A DNA stretch of 64,000 nucleotides from Patescibacteria group bacterium (lineage in GTDB: Bacteria > Patescibacteriota > Minisyncoccia > Phycocordibacterales > SBAW01). Of this stretch, positions 55,580-64,000 are shown in pieces. The DNA is taken from the NCBI GenBank assembly GCA_016176685.1, contig JACOWS010000001.1, forward strand, positions 78,113 through 142,112. Direction: 5' to 3'. Within the stretch, counting starts at the first letter, position 1. The number at the start of each line of letters is the position of its first letter. The notes under the pieces were generated by a model. It was given only the letters and a program-made list of their open reading frames with translations. It searched no databases and had not been told where the DNA came from. The position numbers were made by a program, and so were the translations under genes.

Positions 55580-55630
55580 TCTACATCAGTACTTTAAGAG
55601 ATGAAACGTTATTTGTGAGGTGAAACTCAT

Positions 55631-57193
55631 TTATGCTTTGTGCCCTCGGTACTGGAGCGCCTCTAGCACGTGCGGCTCTAAAATCTCCGGAGCTCCCTCG
55701 ATGTCTGCTATGGTGCGCGCCACTTTTATCACTCGGTGGAAGGCGCGCGGAGACAGGCTCAATCGCTCGCCCGCTTTTTCTAGCGTGGAGCGCACCTCGG
55801 GTGCCAATGGCACCAGCAGGTCGAGCTCGCGAGGCGATAGGTCGCTGTTCATCTTTCCTTTGGTATTAAATCTTTTTTCCTGCGCGGCGCGCGCTTTTTG
55901 TACCTGTGCCCGTGCCTTTTTTGTCTCACTCCCCTCTTTGTTGCGGTACCCCAGCGTGCGCAACTCCACCGGCCCCATGGTAACCCACAGGTCTACACGG
56001 TCGGCTATGGGGCCGGAGATTTTGCGGCGATAGCGCTCAAGACTCATAGGGGTACAGATGCACGAGAGGTTTGGGTGCCCCCAGTTGCCGCAGGGGCACG
56101 GATTCATTGCCGCCACCAGGCAAAACCGAGCGGGGAATATTGCCGAGCCGCGCGCGCGAGCAACCGATATTACCCTGTCCTCCAGCGGCTGGCGCAGCGC
56201 CTCGATGACCCTCCGGTCAAACTCGGGGAACTCGTCCAGAAACAAAACTCCTCGGTGCGCCAGCGTGGCCTCGCCCGGGCGCGGGGTGGCGCCGCCGCCA
56301 ACTATAGAAACGTAGGAGGAGGTGTGATGCGGCGCGCGCATAGGCGGCATGGTCAAAAGTTTGCCGCGCAGAGTGCCGGCAACCGAGTGTATACTGTTGA
56401 CCTCGAGCATTTCCTCAAAAGTGAGCGGCGGCAAGACAGAGGCAAGCGCGCGCGCAAGCATGGTTTTGCCGGTACCGGGCGGCCCCTGGAGTCCCAGGTT
56501 GTGCCCGCCGGCCGCGGCTATCACCGCCGCGCGCTTGGCGCTTTCCTGCCCGCGGATGTCTTCAAACGCGAATTGCGTTTCTGTTTCACCCGGCTCCAGC
56601 TTGGTTTGCGGAGTGGGGGTAAGGTTCGACCTTGGAGAGCCTTGGTGTAAGGTCGAACCTTTGGCGCTCGTTTTTTTAGTATCCAAATGCTCAACCACTT
56701 CGCGCAAGGTGGAAACACCAAACACGGTGATGCCGGGCACCAGCGCGGCCTCGTCGGCGTTTTCTTTCGGGACAAATACTTGCCGCTTACCCAACCGCTT
56801 TGCCTCTGCCACTAACGGCAAAATGCCGCGCACGCCGCACACTTCGCCCTTAAGCGAAAGCTCGCCGACAAAAAGACACCGCTCGGGGTCAAAGCGTATG
56901 TCTCCCGCCGCCAGGAGGTAGGAGAGTGCAATAGGCAGGTCAAACATCGGCCCCTCTTTTTTTAGGTCGGCGGGCGCTAGCGAAATGACTATCTTTTGGT
57001 TGCGGCTCTTAGGCGAGTCAAAGCCGGCATGTTTTATTGCCGCGGCCACCCGGTCGCGGCTTTCTTCTACCGCTTTGTCGGGGAGCCCCACCAGGGTAAA
57101 AGCGTGGAGACCGCGCGAGAGGTCTGTCTCTACTGACACCAGGTAGGGAGTCAGCGCCAGCGTTTCGGCCCCGTAGACGCGTGCATACTGCAT
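55631..57193 (-). CDS. comM: YifB/ComM-family Mg-chelatase-like AAA+ ATPase
   Basis: N-terminal Lon-protease-like domain (VETDLSRGLHAFTLVGLPDKAV), AAA+ GPPGTGKTMLA, VLFLDEFPEF, C-terminal Mg-chelatase domain. Confidence 0.85.
   Translation of the reverse strand: MQYARVYGAETLALTPYLVSVETDLSRGLHAFTLVGLPDKAVEESRDRVAAAIKHAGFDSPKSRNQKIVISLAPADLKKEGPMFDLPIALSYLLAAGDIRFDPERCLFVGELSLKGEVCGVRGILPLVAEAKRLGKRQVFVPKENADEAALVPGITVFGVSTLREVVEHLDTKKTSAKGSTLHQGSPRSNLTPTPQTKLEPGETETQFAFEDIRGQESAKRAAVIAAAGGHNLGLQGPPGTGKTMLARALASVLPPLTFEEMLEVNSIHSVAGTLRGKLLTMPPMRAPHHTSSYVSIVGGGATPRPGEATLAHRGVLFLDEFPEFDRRVIEALRQPLEDRVISVARARGSAIFPARFCLVAAMNPCPCGNWGHPNLSCICTPMSLERYRRKISGPIADRVDLWVTMGPVELRTLGYRNKEGSETKKARAQVQKARAAQEKRFNTKGKMNSDLSPRELDLLVPLAPEVRSTLEKAGERLSLSPRAFHRVIKVARTIADIEGAPEILEPHVLEALQYRGHKA
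56621..56661. repeat. 42-bp palindromic element (family A) copy 3, in-frame inside comM
   Basis: AAGGTTCGACCTT-GGAGAGCCTTGGTGT-AAGGTCGAACCTT; on the coding (minus) strand it is translated as ...AKGSTLHQGSPRSNLTP... in the inter-domain linker. Confidence 0.75.
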
Positions 57194-57237
57194 CGCGCTA
57201 TAGTACGCATGAGCGCCATTTAGGCAAGTCTGGCCGG

Positions 57238-57621
57238 TTAGAGCCCTTTCTCCTGTGACAGGTGCTTGAGGCAGGTGCGCGCGGCAGGGTTGGCCATGAG
57301 CCGCGCCTCTTCTATTTCTTCGTCATCCACCTCGCAACGGCCGTAGGTGCCGTCTTCTATCTTTTTTAGTGCACGTTTAACATTGTTGTAGCGAATTTCC
57401 AGCTCGTCTACTATGGCGCGGTTCTCGTTGTACTCTTCTATTTTGTCCGCAGACTCGTTTGGGTCGGCCATAGGGGCCATAACATCCATGTTCTTCTCGG
57501 TCGCTTCCCAGTCATTGGGGTTTGCGGGGTTTTGCCAGCCAATGCCTCTAAGCTCCCTTTCCACCACCCCAAACTCCTCTTCAAGTTTTTTTTTATACTG
57601 CGCGGTGTTGTGTGATGTCAT
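57238..57621 (-). CDS. DksA/TraR-family protein
   Basis: coiled-coil N-terminus and C-terminal ...DGTYGRCEVDDEEIEEARLMANPAARTCLKH resembling the DksA zinc-finger region (only two Cys). Confidence 0.55.
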   Translation of the reverse strand: MTSHNTAQYKKKLEEEFGVVERELRGIGWQNPANPNDWEATEKNMDVMAPMADPNESADKIEEYNENRAIVDELEIRYNNVKRALKKIEDGTYGRCEVDDEEIEEARLMANPAARTCLKHLSQEKGL

Positions 57622-57685
57622 ATAGAAATAGTATCAAGCCGCACAGAGAGCGCAACTGGGAGGATTTGCGGTTAGTGTGGCGTGG

Positions 57686-58900
57686 TTACCGGACCGGTGC
57701 GTTTGAAATGCGGCTGACAATCTCGCGCAGGGTGTACTCGTTGGTGGTGATAAGCAGGGTCGAGCGGTCAAGGAAGGTCCACAGCAAGAGTATGTCGCCG
57801 TACTCGTTTTTTATCACGCGCGCGTCGTGGTTTTCAACCACGACGTCGGTAAACCCGGTGACGATAGCCCTCTGCTCTGGGGTAGAGGTTGCCAAACCCT
57901 CTTCCGGGATGTGCGGCCGCGGCGTGCGGGTAAAGAGGGGTGCCAGGTCGCTTTGCATGGTTGCCTCCCACCCCAACATCCCGGCAAAGGCCTGTTCGTA
58001 CGAGTCAACCGTGAGCATAAGAAACGCTTGGTGGTCGTCAAACACGTGCGCGCCAAACAAGTATGGCGCCGGCTCCACAGTGCGCACCAGTTCTTGTGGC
58101 GCGGTGGGCCCCAAAAGCGCCAAAAGTTTTTGTGCGTCTATAAGCGTGTACACCGCGACGCCGTCGGCATTGGTCGACATGGTGGCGGGATATATGCGCT
58201 CGATAAGTCCGAGCGAGAGCGCGACATTTTTGCGCATATCGTTGAACGCGCCCATGGCTATGGGGCGGGTAAAATCCGCTTCTGCAAAAGCAATCCCCCT
58301 GGTGTCGTCAACCAGTATAAAAGGCGCATCAGCCGCTGTGTTTGGCGGGACGCTTGGCACGGGCCGTAAAAAAAAGTACGCCAGCAGACCCGCCGCCGCC
58401 GCGAAAAAAAACACGCCACCCATAACCATGGCCAACCGGCCCCCAAGCCAATTGAGCCATTCGGTAGCCGGCGCGATGCTTGAAGCTTCGGGTGCCGCGT
58501 GCGGCGTGTGCGAGCGGCGTATCGCCTCTGCCGCGGCAATAGACACCACCGAGAGGTTTTTATTTTGCACCAAACTTTCTATGTCGCCCTGGTAGGTCTC
58601 AATCGGCCGCACCGCCGACTCTTCTTTTTTTTGTGGAACCGACTCTGCAGAACCCCCCGGAGCAAAAGTCCTCGGTGTCCTCGCGTTGCCTTCGGCAACG
58701 CTTGCGCCAGACTTTTGCTCCGGGGGGTTCTGCGCCGTGCCGCCCAGTTTTGCCGAAGTCTCCTGCTCAAGCAAAATGCCGGCGTTTACACGCTCGGTAC
58801 TGGCCGGCACGGCGCCTTCTTTTTTAGGCAGCAGAACGCTTTTAGGGTCTATGAGGAGGCCCCGCTCGCCGCTCGCCGCTGTGTCTTTGTCCGTTTCCAT
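57686..58900 (-). CDS. hypothetical membrane-anchored protein with low-complexity N-terminus
   Basis: start tentatively at METDKD; N-terminal low-complexity region (contains the family B element), single TM (LAMVMGGVFFFAAAAGLLAYFFL), about 230-aa C-terminal domain. Confidence 0.45.
   Translation of the reverse strand: METDKDTAASGERGLLIDPKSVLLPKKEGAVPASTERVNAGILLEQETSAKLGGTAQNPPEQKSGASVAEGNARTPRTFAPGGSAESVPQKKEESAVRPIETYQGDIESLVQNKNLSVVSIAAAEAIRRSHTPHAAPEASSIAPATEWLNWLGGRLAMVMGGVFFFAAAAGLLAYFFLRPVPSVPPNTAADAPFILVDDTRGIAFAEADFTRPIAMGAFNDMRKNVALSLGLIERIYPATMSTNADGVAVYTLIDAQKLLALLGPTAPQELVRTVEPAPYLFGAHVFDDHQAFLMLTVDSYEQAFAGMLGWEATMQSDLAPLFTRTPRPHIPEEGLATSTPEQRAIVTGFTDVVVENHDARVIKNEYGDILLLWTFLDRSTLLITTNEYTLREIVSRISNAPVR
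58648..58732. repeat. 85-bp nested palindromic element (family B) copy 2, inside coding sequence
   Basis: outer perfect inverted repeat CAGAACCCCCCGGAGC/GCTCCGGGGGGTTCTG around the same core as 21467-21551 (loop CTTCG instead of TCAAA); translated as ..PEQKSGASVAEGNARTPRTFAPGGS.. Confidence 0.75.
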
Positions 58901-61070
58901 TAGGGTTTTGTGAGGGTTTGAGCCCGTGGCGTGTCGCGAAGTCCGGGTCAACCGCTTTTATCGAAAGGTTGATGCGGCCTTTCTCATCTATCTCCTTTAT
59001 CATAACCCGCACTTTGTCCCCCACTTTTAAAGCGTCGCCGATTTTGTCGACACGAAACGGCGCAACTTCAGACACATGCACCAACCCCTCGGCATCTTTG
59101 CCGGGGCCAATACGCACAAACGCGCCAAAGTCCATAAGCCGTGTTACCTCGCCCTCGTACACTTCTCCCGCAAGATATTCTTTTACCACGGCCTCTATCA
59201 TTTCTTTTGCTTTCTTCGCGGTGCCGTTTTTGCCGGTGATAAACACGCTGCCGTCGTCTTCAATAGTAATGTCCTCCACGCCCGTGGCGTCTTTGATGCC
59301 GTTTATGGTTTTGCCGCCGCCGCCTATAACCAGGCCGATTTGCTCTTGCTTGACCCTCATGGTTATTATTTCCGGTGCGCGCGGCGAAAGTTGTGCGCGC
59401 GGTGCAGTTATTTCTTTTTCTATCACCGAAAGTATTTCCAGCCGCGCTTTTTTTGCCTGCATAAACGCTTCCGAAAGTGCCGCAAGCGGCACCCCCGCCA
59501 CCTTGACGTCCATCTGTACGGCGGTGACACCGTCACGAGTGCCGGCAACTTTAAAATCCATGTCGCCGTGGTGGTCTTCTGGCCCTTGGATGTCGGTAAG
59601 CACTTTATAGGCGCCGGCTTTAGCGTCCGACATCATGCCCATGGCGATCCCGGCAACCGGTTTGGTAATGGGGACGCCCGCATCCATAAGCGCCAGGGTG
59701 CCTGCACACACCGAGGCCATTGAGGTTGAGCCGTTAGAGGCGAGACTTTCGCACACAATGCGTATCGTGTACGGGAAGAGGTCTTTTGCAGGGATGACCG
59801 CGCGCAATGCTTTTTCGGCCAACGCACCGTGCCCTATCATGCGCCGATTCATGCCGCCCATCCGACCTGTCTCTCCCACTGAAAATGGCGGAAAGTTGTA
59901 GTGCAACATAAAACGCTTGGAGCCGTCCCGGGTTTCAATGGTGTCGACCACTTGCGCCTCGCCGGGGCCGCCCAGGGTGAGTGCGCCGAGTACGTGCGTG
60001 GCACCTCGGTAAAACAGGCCGGTCCCGTGTATCACCGGTGAAATACCGCCGGCTTTTGCATAGAGCGGGCGTATTTCGTCAAACGCGCGACCGTCGACGC
60101 GCTTACCTTCCTTTAGGGCCAGGTCGTGCACATACTCATCGAGCCGCTGCTCAAAGTAGGCATCTATCTGTCCGCCAGCAATATCGGGGATTTTTTCTGC
60201 GGCCTTCACTACCCACTCCTTTTTCATCGCGCCTATGTCGTCTTTGCCAAAAAGCCCGCCATGAATTGCCAGTATTGGCTCGACAATCTCGGCGAATGCA
60301 TCGGTTATTTCCGGGCCGTTTTCTTGCTGTTCAAAGACCGCTTTTGCCACCCCGCGCTCTTTAATTATTTCTTTCTGCCAATCCTGTATCTTTTCTATCT
60401 CTTGCAATGAGCGCGCCAATGCCCGTTCAAGCACATCCTCTCCCACCTCGCGCGCACCAACCTCTAGCATGTTAATAAGCCCGTCTTTGCCGCAGGCGGT
60501 CAGGTCCATGCGAGCCTTGGGCGGGAGGTCCTCATCGCGTTGCCGGTAGGTCGGGTAGACAATGAAATCATCCTCACTGTTACTTTGAGCAGAGTTGACG
60601 GGCTCTTCAAGGCCAAGGCGCACGGCAGAGACAGGGCCATGCCACGGTATGTTAGAGGTCGAAAGTGCGAGAGAAGCGGCTATAACCGCAAGCACATCGG
60701 TGTCATACTCTTCTATGGCAAGCACGGAGAGGATCACCTGCACCTCGCGCTTGAGCCCTTTGGGAAAGAGCGGGCGTATGGTGCGGTCGACAATGCGGCC
60801 GGAAAGCACCGCCTCGTCGCTGGGGCGCCCTTCGCGCCGCATAAAGCGGCTGCCGAGTATAGCCCCCGCAGCGTAAAATTTTTCTTCATACTCGACCGAG
60901 AGCGGAAAGTAGTCTAGTGTCGTTTCCTTAGTGCCCATGACCGCGGTGGCCAACACGGCGGAGTTGCCGTAGCGCACCAAGACCGAGCCGTTTGCCTGGT
61001 CGGCCCAGTCGTTAAACTCGGCGGTTACTGTTTTGCCGCCGATGTCTATCGAATATGTTTTGCTTTGCAT
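58842..61070 (-). CDS. pnp: polynucleotide phosphorylase
   Basis: two RNase PH domains, KH and S1 domains (..GEVYEGEVTRLMDFGAFVRIGPGKDAEGLVHVSEVA..), basic C-terminal tail. Confidence 0.9.
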   Translation of the reverse strand: MQSKTYSIDIGGKTVTAEFNDWADQANGSVLVRYGNSAVLATAVMGTKETTLDYFPLSVEYEEKFYAAGAILGSRFMRREGRPSDEAVLSGRIVDRTIRPLFPKGLKREVQVILSVLAIEEYDTDVLAVIAASLALSTSNIPWHGPVSAVRLGLEEPVNSAQSNSEDDFIVYPTYRQRDEDLPPKARMDLTACGKDGLINMLEVGAREVGEDVLERALARSLQEIEKIQDWQKEIIKERGVAKAVFEQQENGPEITDAFAEIVEPILAIHGGLFGKDDIGAMKKEWVVKAAEKIPDIAGGQIDAYFEQRLDEYVHDLALKEGKRVDGRAFDEIRPLYAKAGGISPVIHGTGLFYRGATHVLGALTLGGPGEAQVVDTIETRDGSKRFMLHYNFPPFSVGETGRMGGMNRRMIGHGALAEKALRAVIPAKDLFPYTIRIVCESLASNGSTSMASVCAGTLALMDAGVPITKPVAGIAMGMMSDAKAGAYKVLTDIQGPEDHHGDMDFKVAGTRDGVTAVQMDVKVAGVPLAALSEAFMQAKKARLEILSVIEKEITAPRAQLSPRAPEIITMRVKQEQIGLVIGGGGKTINGIKDATGVEDITIEDDGSVFITGKNGTAKKAKEMIEAVVKEYLAGEVYEGEVTRLMDFGAFVRIGPGKDAEGLVHVSEVAPFRVDKIGDALKVGDKVRVMIKEIDEKGRINLSIKAVDPDFATRHGLKPSQNPNGNGQRHSGERRAGPPHRP

Positions 61071-61128
61071 TTTGAAACTGTAGCAAAAAAACAGCGTGGG
61101 GGCGAGGATGCCATGCCCTCGCTTGGCA

Positions 61129-61782
61129 CTATATTTCTCCGGACATTTTTATTGCCGGGTCTTCGTCGTCACCAAAGGTACCGGGTGTTTCGGTGGTGTC
61201 GGGCGAGACGTCGGCGCTCTGCGCACGATCGTCGGAGCCGCTGCGGAAAGATGGGATAAACCGTCCGCCGCCGCGGTAACCTATGAGATAGTTTTTTGGA
61301 TTGTCGCACAGGTCGGTAAAGTCGTCGACCGCTTCGCGCAGTTGCCCGCTTGAAGATTTGCCAAACGCAATGACCTCCACTTGGCAGCCTTCGGTAAACC
61401 GCAGGTACTCCACCAGGGGGACAAAGTCACCGTCGCCCGTTGCCAAAATCACCGTGTCGAGTTTGTTGGCCATGGCAATGGCGTCTATAGCCATGCCGAT
61501 GTCCCAGTCTGCCTTTTTGGCGCCGCCGGCAAAAATGCGGATATCTTTTATTTTGGTTTCGATACCGAGTTTGTTGAGCGCTTCGAAAAAGCCCTTCTCG
61601 TCTTCCGACTCGGTGCGTATCACGTATGCCACCGCGCGGATAAGCTGGCGGCCGGCAAGCGCGTCTTTGACCACCTGGCCAAAGTTTACCTTTGCCTTAT
61701 AAAGGTTTTTTGCGCTGTGGTAGAGGTTTTGCGTGTCTATAAAAATGCCGACACGCTGGCTTTTATGTTTGATGATAGCCAT
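61129..61782 (-). CDS. NYN-domain (LabA-like) protein
   Basis: VGIFIDTQNLYHSAKNL ... ILATGDGDFVPLVEYLR = PIN-like NYN core; acidic C-terminal tail. Confidence 0.65.
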   Translation of the reverse strand: MAIIKHKSQRVGIFIDTQNLYHSAKNLYKAKVNFGQVVKDALAGRQLIRAVAYVIRTESEDEKGFFEALNKLGIETKIKDIRIFAGGAKKADWDIGMAIDAIAMANKLDTVILATGDGDFVPLVEYLRFTEGCQVEVIAFGKSSSGQLREAVDDFTDLCDNPKNYLIGYRGGGRFIPSFRSGSDDRAQSADVSPDTTETPGTFGDDEDPAIKMSGEI

Positions 61783-61897
61783 ATAAATGAATGAACGTAC
61801 TTATAAAAAGTGCACTAAAGTACAGAACGGTTGAAGGAAGCTCCTTCAGTATATACGACGCACGAAGAAAAAGGGTGTTACAAAAAAGAAAAAGTGT

Positions 61898-62164
61898 TTA
61901 CTTCTTGAGGCCGAGCTTCTTTACCAGGGCGCTGTAGCGGCGCTTGTGGTTGCCCTCGAGATACTTCAAATGGGTGCGGCGGTCCGCAACCATTTGCAAA
62001 AGCCCGCGGCGGCTGTGCTTGTCCTTGGTGTGCTTCTTCAAATGCGAGGCGAGCTCATCTATACTCTTGGTCAAAAGAGCGACCTGCACCTCGGCCGAGC
62101 CGGTATCCCCCTCGTGGATACCCACCTCTTTCATAGTCTTGGCCTTTTTCTGCTTCGTAAGCAT
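61898..62164 (-). CDS. rpsO: 30S ribosomal protein uS15
   Basis: GDTGSAEVQVALLTKSIDELASHLKKHTKDKHSRRGLLQMVADRRTHLKYL matches S15; start at MLTKQKK. Confidence 0.85.
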   Translation of the reverse strand: MLTKQKKAKTMKEVGIHEGDTGSAEVQVALLTKSIDELASHLKKHTKDKHSRRGLLQMVADRRTHLKYLEGNHKRRYSALVKKLGLKK

Positions 62165-62298
62165 ATATAAATGCAGGGCCATACCAGCGCCCTGCTCCAA
62201 ACACCATATCACAGTGCCCCTTACTTTGCAAGGGGTTTGGTTATGGTATGTGAGAGTGTAGCGATATTGTGCGACGCCTCTGCTACAATAGGCAGAGT

Positions 62299-63225
62299 AT
62301 GGCATCACAAGATCTCAGGGTGCTCAAGACCGAGTTTTTGGAATATTTAGAGATAGAGCGCGGCCGGAGTGTCAAAACGGTCGCGAGTTACGACCGCTAC
62401 CTCACGCGTTTTTTTTCCCATGCAAAAGTAAGCTCTCCTGCCCGCATAACCGAGCCCGCGGTGCGCGAGTTTAGGCTCCACCTCAACCGCGCCCCCTCCG
62501 CCAAGGCTTCCGCGGGCCAGGCAGGCCTTAAGTTAATAACTGTAAACTACTACCTTATAGCTCTGCGCGCGTTCCTTAAGTTTTTGCGCAAGCGGGGTAT
62601 CGAGTCGCTCAACCCCGAGCGCATAGAGCTTGCCAAGGTCGGCGGGCGCGACCTCGACCTCATTTCCTCGGCCGAGCTTGAGCGCCTTATGCAGGGGCCC
62701 TCGGGCGGCTCGCTCCCGGCTTTGCGCGACAAGGCAATTTTGGAGCTCTTCTTCTCTACCGGGTTGCGCGTTTCGGAGCTGTGCGGGCTCAACCGCGACC
62801 TCGACCTCACGCGCGACGAGTTTTCCGTGCGCGGCAAGGGCGAGAAGGTGCGCGTGGTCTTCCTCTCCCCCGTGGCCAAGGCGGCCATCAAAAACTACCT
62901 TGCCAGACGCGCCGACATGGACGAGGCGTTGTTTGTGCAGATGGGCAGGTCCGCCAAAAGCGCAAAAGACTTGCGGCTTACCCCGCGCAGTATTGAAAGG
63001 ATGGTTAAGCACTACGCAATAAAGGCCGGTATCAACCGCAAAGTGACCCCGCATGTTATCCGCCACTCATTTGCCACCGACCTGCTCGAAAATGGGGCCG
63101 ATTTGCGTAGCGTACAGGCTCTGCTCGGCCACCAAAACATTGCAACCACCCAGGTCTACACCCACGTTACCGACAAGCACCACCGCGAGGTGCACCAGGC
63201 CTTCCATGGCAAGAGGAGGAAGTAG
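62299..63225 (+). CDS. xerD: tyrosine site-specific recombinase XerC/XerD
   Basis: N-terminal core-binding domain (FLEYLEIERGRSVKTVASYDRYL) and catalytic R..HxxR..Y: HVIRHSFATDLLENGADLRSVQALLGHQNIATTQVYTHV. Confidence 0.85.
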   Translation: MASQDLRVLKTEFLEYLEIERGRSVKTVASYDRYLTRFFSHAKVSSPARITEPAVREFRLHLNRAPSAKASAGQAGLKLITVNYYLIALRAFLKFLRKRGIESLNPERIELAKVGGRDLDLISSAELERLMQGPSGGSLPALRDKAILELFFSTGLRVSELCGLNRDLDLTRDEFSVRGKGEKVRVVFLSPVAKAAIKNYLARRADMDEALFVQMGRSAKSAKDLRLTPRSIERMVKHYAIKAGINRKVTPHVIRHSFATDLLENGADLRSVQALLGHQNIATTQVYTHVTDKHHREVHQAFHGKRRK

Positions 63226-63233
63226 CAACCTCT

Positions 63234-63262
63234 AGCCCGGCAAGGTTAAACCTTGCCGGGCT
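63234..63262. terminator. bidirectional rho-independent terminator
   Basis: AGCCCGGCAAGG-TTAAA-CCTTGCCGGGCT followed by AAAAATT. Confidence 0.55.
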
Positions 63263-63267
63263 AAAAA

Positions 63268-63981
63268 TTAGAACGAGAAGTTAAACAGCGCCGCGGCGGC
63301 CGCGCCAATGGTGCCGGTGAGGTACTGCCACACCCCTCCTATAAACGACGTGTCAGAAGGGGGTGCCACAGTAACCGTTGCTTTCGGCGTGAGTATCATG
63401 TCGTAGTCTTTAAACTCCATTTCGACGCTCTTGAGCGCGGTCATCTCCCAGTGTACACCGGTAAATCGAGGAACGTAGTCGTCCAAACTCGACGACGTAA
63501 GGTACCCCTTGCTATACCCAACCTGAATCGCCTTTGCAAACATCGGTAAGATGTCTTTATCGATGGTTATCCACTGCATATCCCAGGCGCTCTGGCTCCC
63601 GTAGAAGTCACTGCTGGGAAGGCGATACAACAGTGCGCCGGTGCCTCCGTCTTTTTTGAGCTGGTACGAAATTGTGCGGTAGCGATTGTCATACAGTTTA
63701 ATGATGAAGTAGACCCACTCCCCATACCCAGGCGAGTTTGGGTTTGAGTTAACCAGTCTAAGATTTGCCTGCGCGTGCGCTCCCCCATTTCCTGGGCCGC
63801 CCTGCTCGGCCTTCGTCAACCGGAACGACATGGTGTAGTGCACCGACGCAAGTTGTGAAATAGGGATATCGTCTTCTTCATGCGTCTTGGGTGCCAGACT
63901 AAGGAATCCCTTTACGGGTGACACTGTTCCCAGACGTTGTATATGCGAACCCCAATCGATGGAATTCAGGCCGAGAAGCAC
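63268..63981 (-). CDS. hypothetical protein (C-terminal part; gene likely continues beyond window end)
   Basis: long minus-strand ORF running to the window edge; no recognised motifs. Confidence 0.35.
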   Translation of the reverse strand: MLLGLNSIDWGSHIQRLGTVSPVKGFLSLAPKTHEEDDIPISQLASVHYTMSFRLTKAEQGGPGNGGAHAQANLRLVNSNPNSPGYGEWVYFIIKLYDNRYRTISYQLKKDGGTGALLYRLPSSDFYGSQSAWDMQWITIDKDILPMFAKAIQVGYSKGYLTSSSLDDYVPRFTGVHWEMTALKSVEMEFKDYDMILTPKATVTVAPPSDTSFIGGVWQYLTGTIGAAAAALFNFSF

Positions 63982-64000
63982 GTAGTCGCCGGGGCCTAGT

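Noticed and set aside
21467-58732. CRISPR array explanation for the repeated palindromic sequences
   Set aside because: Copies are dispersed (tens of kb apart), not regularly spaced, internally palindromic with differing flanks, and lie inside coding sequences. There are no cas genes in the window.
58842-58951. Overlap of about 60-110 nt between the pnp 3' end and the start of hypothetical gene 57686..58951
   Set aside because: It could indicate a mis-called start (I used METDKD at 58900) or a spurious basic tail on pnp. This cannot be resolved from sequence alone, so both genes are kept with reduced confidence for the hypothetical one.

Overview
This is a 64-kb bacterial chromosomal window with high GC (about 60%) over most housekeeping genes and several sharply bounded low-GC blocks (about 38-45%). 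It spans the replication-origin neighbourhood (dnaN-dnaA on the minus strand, rpmH-rnpA-yidC-jag on the plus strand).

Core genes I can recognise are ruvA, ruvB and ruvC, polA, tsaE, the pilB/gspE-type ATPase, tyrS, a class A penicillin-binding protein, a Mur ligase, rsmA (ksgA), pcrA/uvrD, comM/yifB, pnp, rpsO, rpsT, xerD, and tRNA-Arg(CCG) and tRNA-Lys(TTT).

Accessory or unusual content:
- (i) A roughly 13-kb low-GC island (about 1.4-14.4 kb) lies between a DinJ-YafQ toxin-antitoxin pair and tRNA-Arg. It carries a minus-strand thiol-disulfide / mercuric-reductase-like module (ArsR, FMN reductase, glutaredoxin, two TlpA-like proteins, zinc ribbon, DUF3179, CcdA, MerA-like) and a fused Zwf-Gnd protein.
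- (ii) A self-contained cassette (promoter, frameshifted sigma-70 region-4-like gene, terminator) is flanked by a duplicated 15-codon 3' end of a SpoU/TrmH methyltransferase gene. It is followed by tRNA-Lys and a low-GC free-standing LAGLIDADG homing endonuclease.
- (iii) A roughly 12-kb minus-strand type IV secretion-like locus (VirB3/TcpE-like, VirB4 split into two ORFs, VirB6-like, pilin-like and several large exported proteins) has no coupling protein or relaxase in the window.
- (iv) Two families of short palindromic elements sit inside or at the ends of genes, some translated in-frame (in polA, comM, tyrS and a hypothetical protein), resembling the palindromic elements described in Rickettsia.
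- (v) A low-GC islet carries a 485-aa unknown protein with a possible PD-(D/E)xK nuclease motif.

No CRISPR array or rRNA gene was seen. Every call is from reading the sequence and remembered family motifs; no database searches were possible.
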